Below are positions 1 to 7,868 of a stretch of 64,000 bases of DNA, one piece after another. The position numbers and the translations under genes were made by a program. Origin of the DNA: an uncultured Candidatus Kuenenia sp. GTDB taxonomy: Bacteria; Planctomycetota; UBA11346. The notes under the pieces were generated by a model. The model made no database searches. It was not told the origin of the DNA and saw only the letters and a list, made by a program, of their open reading frames with translations. Location: NCBI GenBank assembly GCA_964654285.1, contig CAZZJC010000006.1, positions 67,288 through 131,287 of the forward strand. The letters are read 5' to 3'. The stretch's first letter is position 1. Each line of letters starts with the position of its first letter.

Positions 1-594
1 ACCCAGCACGTGTTCCAACCCGGCCGCGACCGCATCGGTCGAGGTCGGGTTGCCGATCTGGTCGTCGACCACGCGCAGCGCCGGGCCGTCCTGCCGCCCG
101 ACCTTGGTCAGGGTGTGGACGAAGCTCGGCCCACCCGCGCCATACAGCCACGCGATGCGCGCAATGACGTGGTCGGGGCAATGCGCCCGCACCGCCGCTT
201 CCCCGGCCAGCTTGCTCGCGCCGTACACCGTGCGCGGCCCGGTTGCATCCCATTCGTGGTAGGGCCGGTCGAGGTCGCCGCTGAACACGTAGTCGGTGCT
301 GATCGCGACCATCCGCGCCCCGCTCTGCCGGCACGCCGCGGCGACGTTCGCCGAGCCGATCGCGTTCAGGCGGTAGGCCAGATCGCGTTCACTCTCGCAC
401 TTGTCGACCTGGGTATGCGCGGCGCAGTGCACCACCGCATCCGGCCGCACCTGCGCCAGCATGGCGGTGCAGGCGCGCGCATCGGTGATGTCGAGTTCCT
501 CGCGGTCGGTGGCGACAAGGTCATGCCGGCCCTGCCATCGGCGCAGCAACGTCCGCCCAAGCATGCCCTTGGCACCGGTGATCAGGATCTTCAT
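1..594 (-). CDS. rmlD: dTDP-4-dehydrorhamnose reductase (RmlD/RfbD); 3' end runs off the window
   Basis: Reverse-strand translation starting at the complement of ATG 592-594 gives MKILITGAKGMLGRTLL...VHCAAHTQVDKCE...YVFSG...YGASKLAGE, the RmlD Rossmann and catalytic motifs. There is no stop before the window edge. The listed plus-strand ORF 10..630 is its mirror frame. Confidence 0.85.
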   Translation of the reverse strand, partial: MKILITGAKGMLGRTLLRRWQGRHDLVATDREELDITDARACTAMLAQVRPDAVVHCAAHTQVDKCESERDLAYRLNAIGSANVAAACRQSGARMVAISTDYVFSGDLDRPYHEWDATGPRTVYGASKLAGEAAVRAHCPDHVIARIAWLYGAGGPSFVHTLTKVGRQDGPALRVVDDQIGNPTSTDAVAAGLEHVLG

Positions 595-716
595 TGGGCC
601 TCACTGGGCTTGGACTGCATGGGAAACTAGACATACAAGGCGTTTTTAGACAACGCTTTATAACGATTCCTTAAATACGGGAATTGTATTCCCTGTTTTT
701 CCGGTACGGTCATGTC

Positions 717-1892
717 ATGATTCCCCGCCTGCTCGTCCACACCGTCACCCGGATCGCCGCCGGCTATCCCGTGGTGGTGCTCACCGGGCCGCGCCAGTCC
801 GGCAAGACCACGCTGGCCCGGACGTGCTTCCCCCACCTGCCCTATGTCAGCCTTGAGGACCCGCTGGAACGCACGGCCTTCCGTGCGGATCCGCGCGCCT
901 GGTTGTCGCGCTACCCGGACGGGGCGGTGCTGGACGAGGTCCAGCGTGCGCCGGATCTGCCGAGCTGGCTGCAAGGCATCGTCGACCGCGACCGCCGTCT
1001 GGGTCGGTGGGTGATCACCGGATCGCAGCAGTACCAGGTCATGGATCGGGTGACCCAGAGCCTGGCCGGCCGGGCCGCCCTGCTGGAACTGATGCCCTTC
1101 AGCCACGCCGAGCTGACTGCGGCGGGTTTGGCCCAGGCCGATCCCGCGACCGCGATCTGGACCGGCGGCTACCCTCCGCTGTACGACCGTCCGGTCGAGC
1201 CCGGTCGCTGGCTGGGCGACTACATAGCCACCTACCTGGAACGCGATGTGCGATCGATCGCCGCCGTGCGCGATCTCACCCGCTTCGCCGGTTTTCTGCG
1301 CCTGTGCGCGACCCGCACCGGACAGATGCTGAATCTGGCCAGCATGGCGGCGGAACTGGGCATCGATGCCAAGACCGCACGCGGCTGGCTGTCCGTCCTG
1401 GTCGCCGGCTACGTCGTCCACCTGCTGCCACCGCACCACGCCAACCTGGGCAAACGCATCGTCAAGCATCCCAAGCTGTACCTGCTCGATACCGGACTGG
1501 CGTGCCGCCTGCTGGCGATCGCTGATCCGGGCGCCTTGCGCACCCATCCCGCCTGGGGCGCGCTGGTCGAGACCTGGACCTTGGTCGAGGTGATCAAGGC
1601 GTTGCGCCATCGGGGCGGCAACGCAGACGGGTTGTACTACTGGCGCAGCCACGACGGTCTGGAGGTCGACCTGATCCACGAACGGGGACAGGCGCTCCAT
1701 TCCTGGGAGATCAAGGCCACGACCAGCCCCGCGCCCCACGATCAGACCGGCCTGCACCGCTTCCGCGCGCTGGTCGGCACGCGCCACGCAGGCAGCGCGC
1801 TGATCCACCTCGGCCCGGAAACCGGTGCGCAACGCGAGGTCAGCCTGGTCCCGTGGCATGGGATCGATACCGCCGTCGCAGCGATCCCCTGA
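717..1892 (+). CDS. AAA+ ATPase, DUF4143 family (COG1373-like)
   Basis: MIPRLL...PVVVLTGPRQSGKTTLAR contains a Walker A motif. The length and C-terminal region are typical of the DUF4143 ATPase family. It sits on the opposite strand between rmlC and rmlD. Confidence 0.8.
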   Translation: MIPRLLVHTVTRIAAGYPVVVLTGPRQSGKTTLARTCFPHLPYVSLEDPLERTAFRADPRAWLSRYPDGAVLDEVQRAPDLPSWLQGIVDRDRRLGRWVITGSQQYQVMDRVTQSLAGRAALLELMPFSHAELTAAGLAQADPATAIWTGGYPPLYDRPVEPGRWLGDYIATYLERDVRSIAAVRDLTRFAGFLRLCATRTGQMLNLASMAAELGIDAKTARGWLSVLVAGYVVHLLPPHHANLGKRIVKHPKLYLLDTGLACRLLAIADPGALRTHPAWGALVETWTLVEVIKALRHRGGNADGLYYWRSHDGLEVDLIHERGQALHSWEIKATTSPAPHDQTGLHRFRALVGTRHAGSALIHLGPETGAQREVSLVPWHGIDTAVAAIP

Positions 1893-1904
1893 GCCGCCCA
1901 CGTC

Positions 1905-2486
1905 TCAGATCCCGTGCACGTTCGCTGGATTCCACGCGAACAGGTCCGCGGGCGGAATGGCAGTCAGCCCGGGGAACCCCGCATCGCGGGCATTCAGGTC
2001 CGGTGCGACGCCGGTGTCGGGCCAGCGGATGCCGACGCCGGGATCATCCCAGCGCAGGCCGCGCTCGTGCTCCTTGGCCCAGTAGTCGCTGACCTTGTAG
2101 AGCACCTCGGCGGTGTCGCTGAGCACCAGGAATCCATGCGCGAAACCCTTGGGCACGAACAGCGCCCGCCGGTTCGCCGCCGTCAGTTCCGCCCCGACCC
2201 AGCGGCCGAAGGTCGGACTGCCGCGCCGCACATCGACCGCGACATCGTAGATCGCGCCGACCAGGCAGCGCACCAGCTTGTCCTGCGGCTGCCGCACCTA
2301 GTAGTGCAGCCCGCGCAGGATGCCGCGCCGCGACAGCGACTGGTTGTCCTGCACGAACGCCGCCGCGATGCCCAGGCCGGCCAGCACCTTGGCGTTGTAG
2401 TTTTCCATGAACCAGCCGCGCGCATCGCCGAACACCGCTGGTTCGAGCAGGCACACGCCGGGAATCTCGGTGTCGATGCGCTTCAT
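1905..2486 (-). pseudogene. rmlC: dTDP-4-dehydrorhamnose 3,5-epimerase (RmlC) interrupted by an in-frame TAG at 2298-2300
   Basis: Two abutting minus-strand ORFs (2298..2486 and 1905..2297) together read MKRIDTEIPGVCLLEP...[44 protein letters not shown]..., a contiguous cupin-type RmlC interrupted by a single amber codon where RmlC proteins normally have Gln. Confidence 0.7.
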
Positions 2487-2554
2487 GAGTCGGTTCTCTC
2501 AGGTTTGCCGGGAGTCCGGCTTCTTGCGACAAGGGCGATGGCGGCGCGAAGGAT

Positions 2555-3115
2555 TCAACGCAGATCACCCCTGGCGAGGTTCCAGGCATCGGCCACCCCG
2601 TAGCGGGAGGCCCAACGACTGACCATATCCCGGTCCAACGACGGCAGGAGGCGGACGATCGAGCGTACGTCGCGCAGGTGCTTGTCCTGACCGCTGATCG
2701 CAAAATAGCGGAGTTTCATCGCGATGATGTATTCGGGCGGGGCGACCGGGACAGACAGACCGGCCACCGGCAACCGTCGCGCGTGCGCCAGACCCCAGCG
2801 CATCAGGTCGTCGTCCCCGCTGGGATAGCAGTCGGCTTTGAAGCCGCTGTCGTGGTGGATGAGATTGAACGATCCGCGCGCCCCGCGCCGGATCTCGTGC
2901 GCGAGGACGGCAAGCGGCGGGCAATAGAAGACGTTTTCCGGAAAAATCGCGATCAAGCGCTCTTCCTGCCCTGGACGCAGGTCCAGGATGCAATCGACAT
3001 CCAGGGTCGCGCGCGGTTCGCTATAGCACATCGCGCCAACCGATCCCCCGAGCATCCACGGCACCCCGATCGCCTGCATGCCGCCAAGCAGCGCCGTCAT
3101 GCCCTCCAGCATCAT
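2555..3115 (-). CDS. Nucleotidyltransferase-fold protein (AbiEii/MNT-like), possible toxin-antitoxin component
   Basis: MMLEGMTALLGG...GGSVGAMCYSEPRATLDVDCILDL shows a nucleotidyltransferase G[GS]x9-13Dx[DE] motif. The start overlaps the upstream small ORF's stop in an ATGA arrangement. The N-terminal 116 aa of the listed 302-aa ORF look non-proteinaceous, so the start is placed at MML. Confidence 0.5.
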   Translation of the reverse strand: MMLEGMTALLGGMQAIGVPWMLGGSVGAMCYSEPRATLDVDCILDLRPGQEERLIAIFPENVFYCPPLAVLAHEIRRGARGSFNLIHHDSGFKADCYPSGDDDLMRWGLAHARRLPVAGLSVPVAPPEYIIAMKLRYFAISGQDKHLRDVRSIVRLLPSLDRDMVSRWASRYGVADAWNLARGDLR

Positions 3116-3429
3116 CGCGGCACCGGATCCGTACCCGGTTCCAACGCAAGGATTTCGCGGATCACCGCCCATTTGATCCCCTGCGCATCCGCTGCAGGGA
3201 ATCGGCGCTGCAACCGCTCGCGGCGCTGCTGCAGGGCGAACGCGGACATCTCCAGACCCAAGGCCAAGCGGCGTTCCGGCGTCATCGTGGCGAAGACCGC
3301 CCATTGGCGTTCGATGCCTTCCACCTCTTCCGCCGGAATCACCACCGGGGGGCGCGGCCTGGAATGACTGCGGTCGGAAGCGATCATGGCCGGTGAGATT
3401 GCTTCTGGATCCAGACAGGCAATCGGCAC
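3112..3429 (-). CDS. Small hypothetical protein, putative partner (antitoxin-like) of the downstream nucleotidyltransferase
   Basis: 105-aa ORF (…TPERRLALGLEMSAFALQQRRERLQRRF…IKWAVIREIL). It is translationally coupled (ATGA) to the nucleotidyltransferase gene. No family was recognised. Confidence 0.35.
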   Translation of the reverse strand: MPIACLDPEAISPAMIASDRSHSRPRPPVVIPAEEVEGIERQWAVFATMTPERRLALGLEMSAFALQQRRERLQRRFPAADAQGIKWAVIREILALEPGTDPVPR

Positions 3430-3585
3430 CTCGCTCCCTGGTCGGGCTCAGGCAGGTCACCACTTGGGTGCGTTGACCGACCCGCCAACCAGGTCGCCCG
3501 AGACGCGTCAGGCAGGGAGGGCGTGGGCTACCCCGGCCAGCATTTCCGGAATTTCAGCGGCAAGAATTTCTGGCATCCATATCAC

Positions 3586-3936
3586 TTACACCGTTGACTC
3601 CCGCACTAATAGAACGACTCCGATGAGCACAAATCCCATACCGATCAGTTTGACCATACCCAGGCTTTCACCGAACCACCACCAACTGGCGACCGCCACG
3701 ATGCCCATGCCCACCCCGGTCATGATCGGATAGCCGACCGTCAAAGGGATCCGGGTCAGGGCGTAACTGTAGGCAACCAGCGCAAGGCCGAAACTCGTCA
3801 TGCCCAGGATATACCAGGGATCGTGCAGAACGCGGTCGAGCAACGGCCGGCTGACATCCCGGACGCCGGCCTTGACCAGCACATTGGCGGCGGCGTTGAG
3901 CACGACCCCGATGGCGAGAGCGATCCAGGTGATCAC
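3586..3936 (-). CDS. Small 4-TM DMT/EamA(ArnE/GtrA)-like membrane protein; candidate lipid-linked sugar flippase subunit
   Basis: VETVITWIALAIGVVLNAAANVLVKAG...GMGFVLIGVVLLV gives about 116 aa with four predicted TM helices. A GTG start overlaps the DprE2-like stop (GTGA), making it the last gene of the DPA-like operon. It is analogous to GtrA-like Rv3789 next to the mycobacterial DPA genes. Confidence 0.6.
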   Translation of the reverse strand: MITWIALAIGVVLNAAANVLVKAGVRDVSRPLLDRVLHDPWYILGMTSFGLALVAYSYALTRIPLTVGYPIMTGVGMGIVAVASWWWFGESLGMVKLIGMGFVLIGVVLLVRESTV

Positions 3937-4700
3937 AGTTTCAACCGCTTGAAGAGGCACTCGGGGATGCGGGTGATGATGGCCATGATCCAACGCCAGA
4001 ACCAGCGCGTGTAGAGCACGTTCCGCTTGCGGTCGATGGCGCGCAGGATGTCCCGCGCCACCTGTTCCGGCGTGGCGACGAGCGGCGAACCTTCTTTCAG
4101 CAGACCCGCCGTCATCGGTGTGGCGACGAATCCTGGCTTGATCGTCAGCACGTGTTTGCGCTCATGGAACAGCCGGTTCCGCAAGCCTTGCAGGTAGGCT
4201 GCCAAACCGGCCTTGGTGCTGCCGTACAGGTAGTTCGATTGGCGGCCGCGATCGCCCGCTACCGAACCGATCACCGCCAGAACGCCACCTTCAACCAGCG
4301 ATGGCACCAACGCCTCGCAGAGGACCACTACTGAACTGAAGTTCACCTGGATCTGGCGCAGCGCCAAGGTGGCATCCTGTTGCGCAGCACGTTGATCGGC
4401 CATGGTGCCGTAGGCGATGAGCACGGCTTGGACCCCATGCGGCGCCAAGGTACGCAACCGCGCTAGCAGATCACCGTGCTGCGCCGGATCGCCAGGATCG
4501 CAGGTGATCGCCACGGCTTCGACCGCTCCCCGCAGCCGAGCATCGGCCGCCACGCGTTCGCCTTCGGCGGCATCGCGCGACGTGAGGATCACGCGGGCGC
4601 CGCGCCCGGCCCAGGCGCGGACACATGCCCGGGCGATGCCGGATGTGGCGCCGATGACCAGGATGGAAGCAGCCTTTGGATTTCCGGTTGCATCAGTCAC
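3933..4700 (-). CDS. dprE2: Short-chain dehydrogenase; DprE2-like decaprenylphospho-2'-keto-ribose reductase homolog
   Basis: VTDATGNPKAASILVIGATSGIARA...NYLYGSTKAGLAAYLQGL...WRWIMAIITRIPECLFKRLKL aligns along its whole length with mycobacterial DprE2 ([22 protein letters not shown]...NFVYGSTKAGLDGFYLGL...[20 protein letters not shown]). A GTG start is proposed at 4698-4700; the listed ORF extends to an upstream ATG at 4775. Confidence 0.8.
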   Translation of the reverse strand: MTDATGNPKAASILVIGATSGIARACVRAWAGRGARVILTSRDAAEGERVAADARLRGAVEAVAITCDPGDPAQHGDLLARLRTLAPHGVQAVLIAYGTMADQRAAQQDATLALRQIQVNFSSVVVLCEALVPSLVEGGVLAVIGSVAGDRGRQSNYLYGSTKAGLAAYLQGLRNRLFHERKHVLTIKPGFVATPMTAGLLKEGSPLVATPEQVARDILRAIDRKRNVLYTRWFWRWIMAIITRIPECLFKRLKL

Positions 4701-4796
4701 GAAGGTTGCACCCCTGATATTGAATTTGGTGGTAGAGCCGTGGCAGGATTCTTGGCAGAAATGACGATCGATCAACGTGCACGCGCATCCGTACGT

Positions 4797-6140
4797 TCAT
4801 CCCACCAGCCCCAATCGCACCGCCAAGCGCGAGCGGACTCGACCGTGCGGGTCCAACTTTGCCTGGAATTGCCTGAATTCATCCAGGCGCGGATACATCG
4901 CCTGGACGGCGGCGGCACTGCCCAAGGTATCCTTGGCGAAGTAGATCCGGCCCTGATGCGCGAGCAGGATCGCCTGCAGGCGTTCATGCAACGCATGGAT
5001 GCGGTCGGCAGCGAACGGGATGTCGAGCGCCAGGGTGAATCCCGGGGCGAGGTAGGACAGCCAGCCTGGTCCGGCCGCGCCGCTGCGCTTGAGCACGGCC
5101 AGGAAACTCGCCAGGCGCGCATCGCTGATCGCCTCCAGCACCTGGCGCAATCCCGCCGCCGCGGTCGTATCCGGGAACCATGCCTGGAACTGGATGAAAC
5201 CGCGCGTGCCATAGATCCGGTTCCACTGATGGACGGCATCGAGCGGATAGAAGAACGTGTCGTAATCGACAATCTTGGTGCCGTCGCCGTGTTTCCAGTA
5301 AAAAGCTTGGTTGAACGCACTTACCGACCACGACCCCAGGGCCCAGGACGGAAAATCGAAGGGCACCGTCTTGCGCCCCTTGCGAGGGACGCTCATCGGC
5401 CGGTCGCGGTAGGCACGCGGCAGTTCCTCCGGTTCGGCGTCGTTCCCGAGCATCAGCACCGACCGGCCGAGGGCCGCACCGCGGGCCAGGCAGTCGATCC
5501 ACGCCACGCTGTAGCGATGTCCCTGATCTTCCTCAGCCAGACGGGCCAGGGCACGGTCGAGCCCCCCCGCACGTTCATAGCGGACCCGGTACCACGCCGA
5601 GGGCACCCGTCGCAACCGCAGGGTCACCGCCAGGATGAACCCCGTCAGGCCCATGCCGCCGACACTGGCCCAGAACAGGTGCGGATCATTGGCCGGGGTG
5701 ACGGACCGGATCTCGCCGCTCGGCAATGCCAGCACCAGTTCCGTCACATGGGCAGAGAAAGAACCGTCCACATGATGGTTCTTGCCATGCACATCCGCCG
5801 CCACCGCCCCACCCAGGGTGACGAACTTGGTTCCGGGCGTGGTCGGCAGGAAGAATCCCCGGGGTTGGAAATGCTCGATGATCGTCGCCAGACTCACCCC
5901 GGCCTCGGCGGTGAGCAGTCCGCTAGCGGGATCGAAGGCCAGGAAGCGATCGAGACCGGTGTTGCCCAGCACCACGCCACCATCGACGGCGGGCACCGCC
6001 GCATCGCCATACGAACGCCCCAAGCCGCGCGCAATCCAGGGTTGCGCCAGAAGCCTGGGCAGTTCTGCCCAGGTGGTGGGCAGGATGACCTGGCCGGGAA
6101 CTACCGGCACCCGACCCCAACCGGACAGCAACGTGGTCAT
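4797..6140 (-). CDS. dprE1: FAD-linked oxidase; DprE1-like decaprenylphospho-beta-D-ribose 2'-oxidase homolog
   Basis: MTTLLSGWGRVPV...ARGLGRSYGDAAV...PGTKFVTLGGAVAADVHGKNHH...YPRLDEFR matches the DprE1 N-terminal (LTGWGRT...RGLGRSYGD...PGT..VT.GGA.A.D.HGKNHH) and C-terminal regions. The start overlaps the stop of the upstream HAD-UbiA gene (ATGA). The listed 728-aa ORF carries a spurious N-terminal extension. Confidence 0.85.
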   Translation of the reverse strand: MTTLLSGWGRVPVVPGQVILPTTWAELPRLLAQPWIARGLGRSYGDAAVPAVDGGVVLGNTGLDRFLAFDPASGLLTAEAGVSLATIIEHFQPRGFFLPTTPGTKFVTLGGAVAADVHGKNHHVDGSFSAHVTELVLALPSGEIRSVTPANDPHLFWASVGGMGLTGFILAVTLRLRRVPSAWYRVRYERAGGLDRALARLAEEDQGHRYSVAWIDCLARGAALGRSVLMLGNDAEPEELPRAYRDRPMSVPRKGRKTVPFDFPSWALGSWSVSAFNQAFYWKHGDGTKIVDYDTFFYPLDAVHQWNRIYGTRGFIQFQAWFPDTTAAAGLRQVLEAISDARLASFLAVLKRSGAAGPGWLSYLAPGFTLALDIPFAADRIHALHERLQAILLAHQGRIYFAKDTLGSAAAVQAMYPRLDEFRQFQAKLDPHGRVRSRLAVRLGLVG

Positions 6141-7564
6141 GGTGATCCTTTCGGCCCGGCCCCCAGGATGAGTCCGATCGCAAGGATCACCATCACCCAG
6201 GAACCTCGATCCTTGATCGCGAACACGATGGGGTCGTCGTGCAGTTCGCCGCGTCCGGCCTTCAACCAGACCCGGCACGACCACCACAGGATGAGCGGCA
6301 CCAGTCCCCACAGCATCTCGGGTCGCTGATAGAGACCCGGTGCCGCCGGCCCGGCCACATATAGTCCTACCACCAGGGCGGTGGCGAAGGCCGCCGCGAT
6401 GCCGCCCGTGGTCACAAAGGGCAGATCCTCGGCCCGCCAGCCCCGGCCCTTGGCCCCGGCACCACCGGTGGACACCACGCCATGCAATTCCGCCGCCCGC
6501 TTGCCCAGGGCCAGGGACAGGAACAGGAAGACCAGCACCGCCATCAACCAGGGCGACAACGGGATCCCCAACGCGACCGCCCCCGCCACCGACCGCAACA
6601 CATAGAGTCCGGCAAGGATGAACACATCCAGCAGCACCTTGCGTTTGAGGGCGAACGAATATGCGAACGTGACCGTGTAATAGATCCCCAGCATCATCGC
6701 CCCCAGCGGCGAGGCGCACCAGGCCAGGATCCCGGCGGCGATCAGCAACGCTGGGGCCAGGACGAGACCATACAGCACCGGCAAGGTGCCGGCGGCGAAC
6801 GGTCGCCGCCGTTTGCGCGCATGCGCGCGATCGTTTTCCAGATCCAGGAGGTCGTTGAGGAGGTACACCGACGAGGCGCACAGACAGAAGGCGAGGAACA
6901 ACCACCCGGCCGCCAACCAAGTTCCCGTGGCGGTGACATGCGCCGCCAACAGGGGCAGGAAGACCAGCAGGTTCTTCACCCACTGGTGCGGCCGCAGGGC
7001 CTTGATCAGGGCCTTGCCACGTGAGGTCGCGTCGGGATGCCGCCCGAGCACCGGTGCACCGACGCGGGCTTCCGACCAGCCAGCGGCCGGTCCGGCGAGC
7101 ACGGCACCTGCACTCGCGCGCCAGATCGGAAGGTCAGCCGCGCAATCCCCAGCGTAGCAGAACGGACCCTGGGCATCGGCCTGGATCGCCTCCAATTTCG
7201 CGGCACCCTTGCGATTCACCGTGCCGGTGGCGATCACGCCATCGAAGCACCCCAGGTGGTCCGCCACTGCCTGGGCGATGCGTTCGTGCGCGGCGGTGGC
7301 CAATACCACCCGCCGCCCCACTGCCCGCTCGGCGCGAATCCATTCGACCAGTTCGCTTCGGTACGGCAGCAAGGCTGCATCTGGCATCACCCGTTCAGCC
7401 AACCAGGATTTGGCTGACAGCGCTCCCCGCAGAAGCACGAACGGGATCCGCCACGCCATCCAGGGTTGGCGGCGCACCGCCAAAGCGACCGAATCCCATA
7501 GGGAATCGCCGGGGTAGAGGGTGCCGTCGAGGTCGATATAGAGCGGGGGCACGGGCGATTGCAT
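6137..7564 (-). CDS. Fusion protein: N-terminal HAD-family phosphatase domain plus C-terminal UbiA-family prenyltransferase (decaprenyl-phosphate 5-phosphoribosyltransferase-like)
   Basis: MQSPVPPLYIDLDGTLYPGD is a HAD motif I (DxDGT). After about 190 aa come ~9 TM helices with ALRPHQWVKNLLVFLPLL and NDLLDLENDRAHARKRRRPFAAG, the UbiA Asp-rich prenyl-PP binding motifs. It is homologous to Rv3806c-type DPPR synthase. Confidence 0.8.
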   Translation of the reverse strand: MQSPVPPLYIDLDGTLYPGDSLWDSVALAVRRQPWMAWRIPFVLLRGALSAKSWLAERVMPDAALLPYRSELVEWIRAERAVGRRVVLATAAHERIAQAVADHLGCFDGVIATGTVNRKGAAKLEAIQADAQGPFCYAGDCAADLPIWRASAGAVLAGPAAGWSEARVGAPVLGRHPDATSRGKALIKALRPHQWVKNLLVFLPLLAAHVTATGTWLAAGWLFLAFCLCASSVYLLNDLLDLENDRAHARKRRRPFAAGTLPVLYGLVLAPALLIAAGILAWCASPLGAMMLGIYYTVTFAYSFALKRKVLLDVFILAGLYVLRSVAGAVALGIPLSPWLMAVLVFLFLSLALGKRAAELHGVVSTGGAGAKGRGWRAEDLPFVTTGGIAAAFATALVVGLYVAGPAAPGLYQRPEMLWGLVPLILWWSCRVWLKAGRGELHDDPIVFAIKDRGSWVMVILAIGLILGAGPKGSP

Positions 7565-7682
7565 TAGGGTTTGCAGGGAGTGAGTATAATGGCGCTTGCG
7601 ACAAACGGCAACCACCAAGGCAAACGTGGATGTTGGAATCACGTTCAGACTCGGATCAGTTCGATTCATTTTAATTACATGA

Positions 7683-7691
7683 CCCCCCCCC
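7683..7691. repeat. Homopolymeric C9 tract in the divergent promoter region
   Basis: cccccccccc run at 7683-7691 between the HAD-UbiA operon start (7564, minus) and the acyltransferase start (7869, plus). Confidence 0.9.
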
Positions 7692-7868
7692 TCGATTGTC
7701 AAGCATCCCAACCACGTTAGGTTCCTCAACCATGATCCGATCCATTAAAATCACCTGGTCTTGCCCCACCCACAGTTGCCCTGAATACGAACAACCATTT
7801 GGTCATAGCGTCACTTCTTTTAAAGTCGTAGCCCGAAATAATGGGTTCAGACTCGGAACGATTGTCAA

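Noticed and set aside
10-630. Plus-strand 206-aa ORF listed first in the track
   Set aside because: It is the mirror frame of the minus-strand rmlD gene. Its translation is low-complexity Arg/Pro/Gly-rich with no motifs, whereas the reverse strand gives a textbook RmlD sequence.
2555-3463. Full 302-aa extent of the listed minus-strand ORF
   Set aside because: The N-terminal 116 aa are low-complexity and overlap a better-looking ORF in another frame (3112..3429). The gene was shortened to start at MML (3115).
4476-6329. 617-aa plus-strand ORF
   Set aside because: It is antisense to the DprE1-like gene. It is a typical long spurious ORF of high-GC DNA, with an Arg/Gly/Pro-rich translation.
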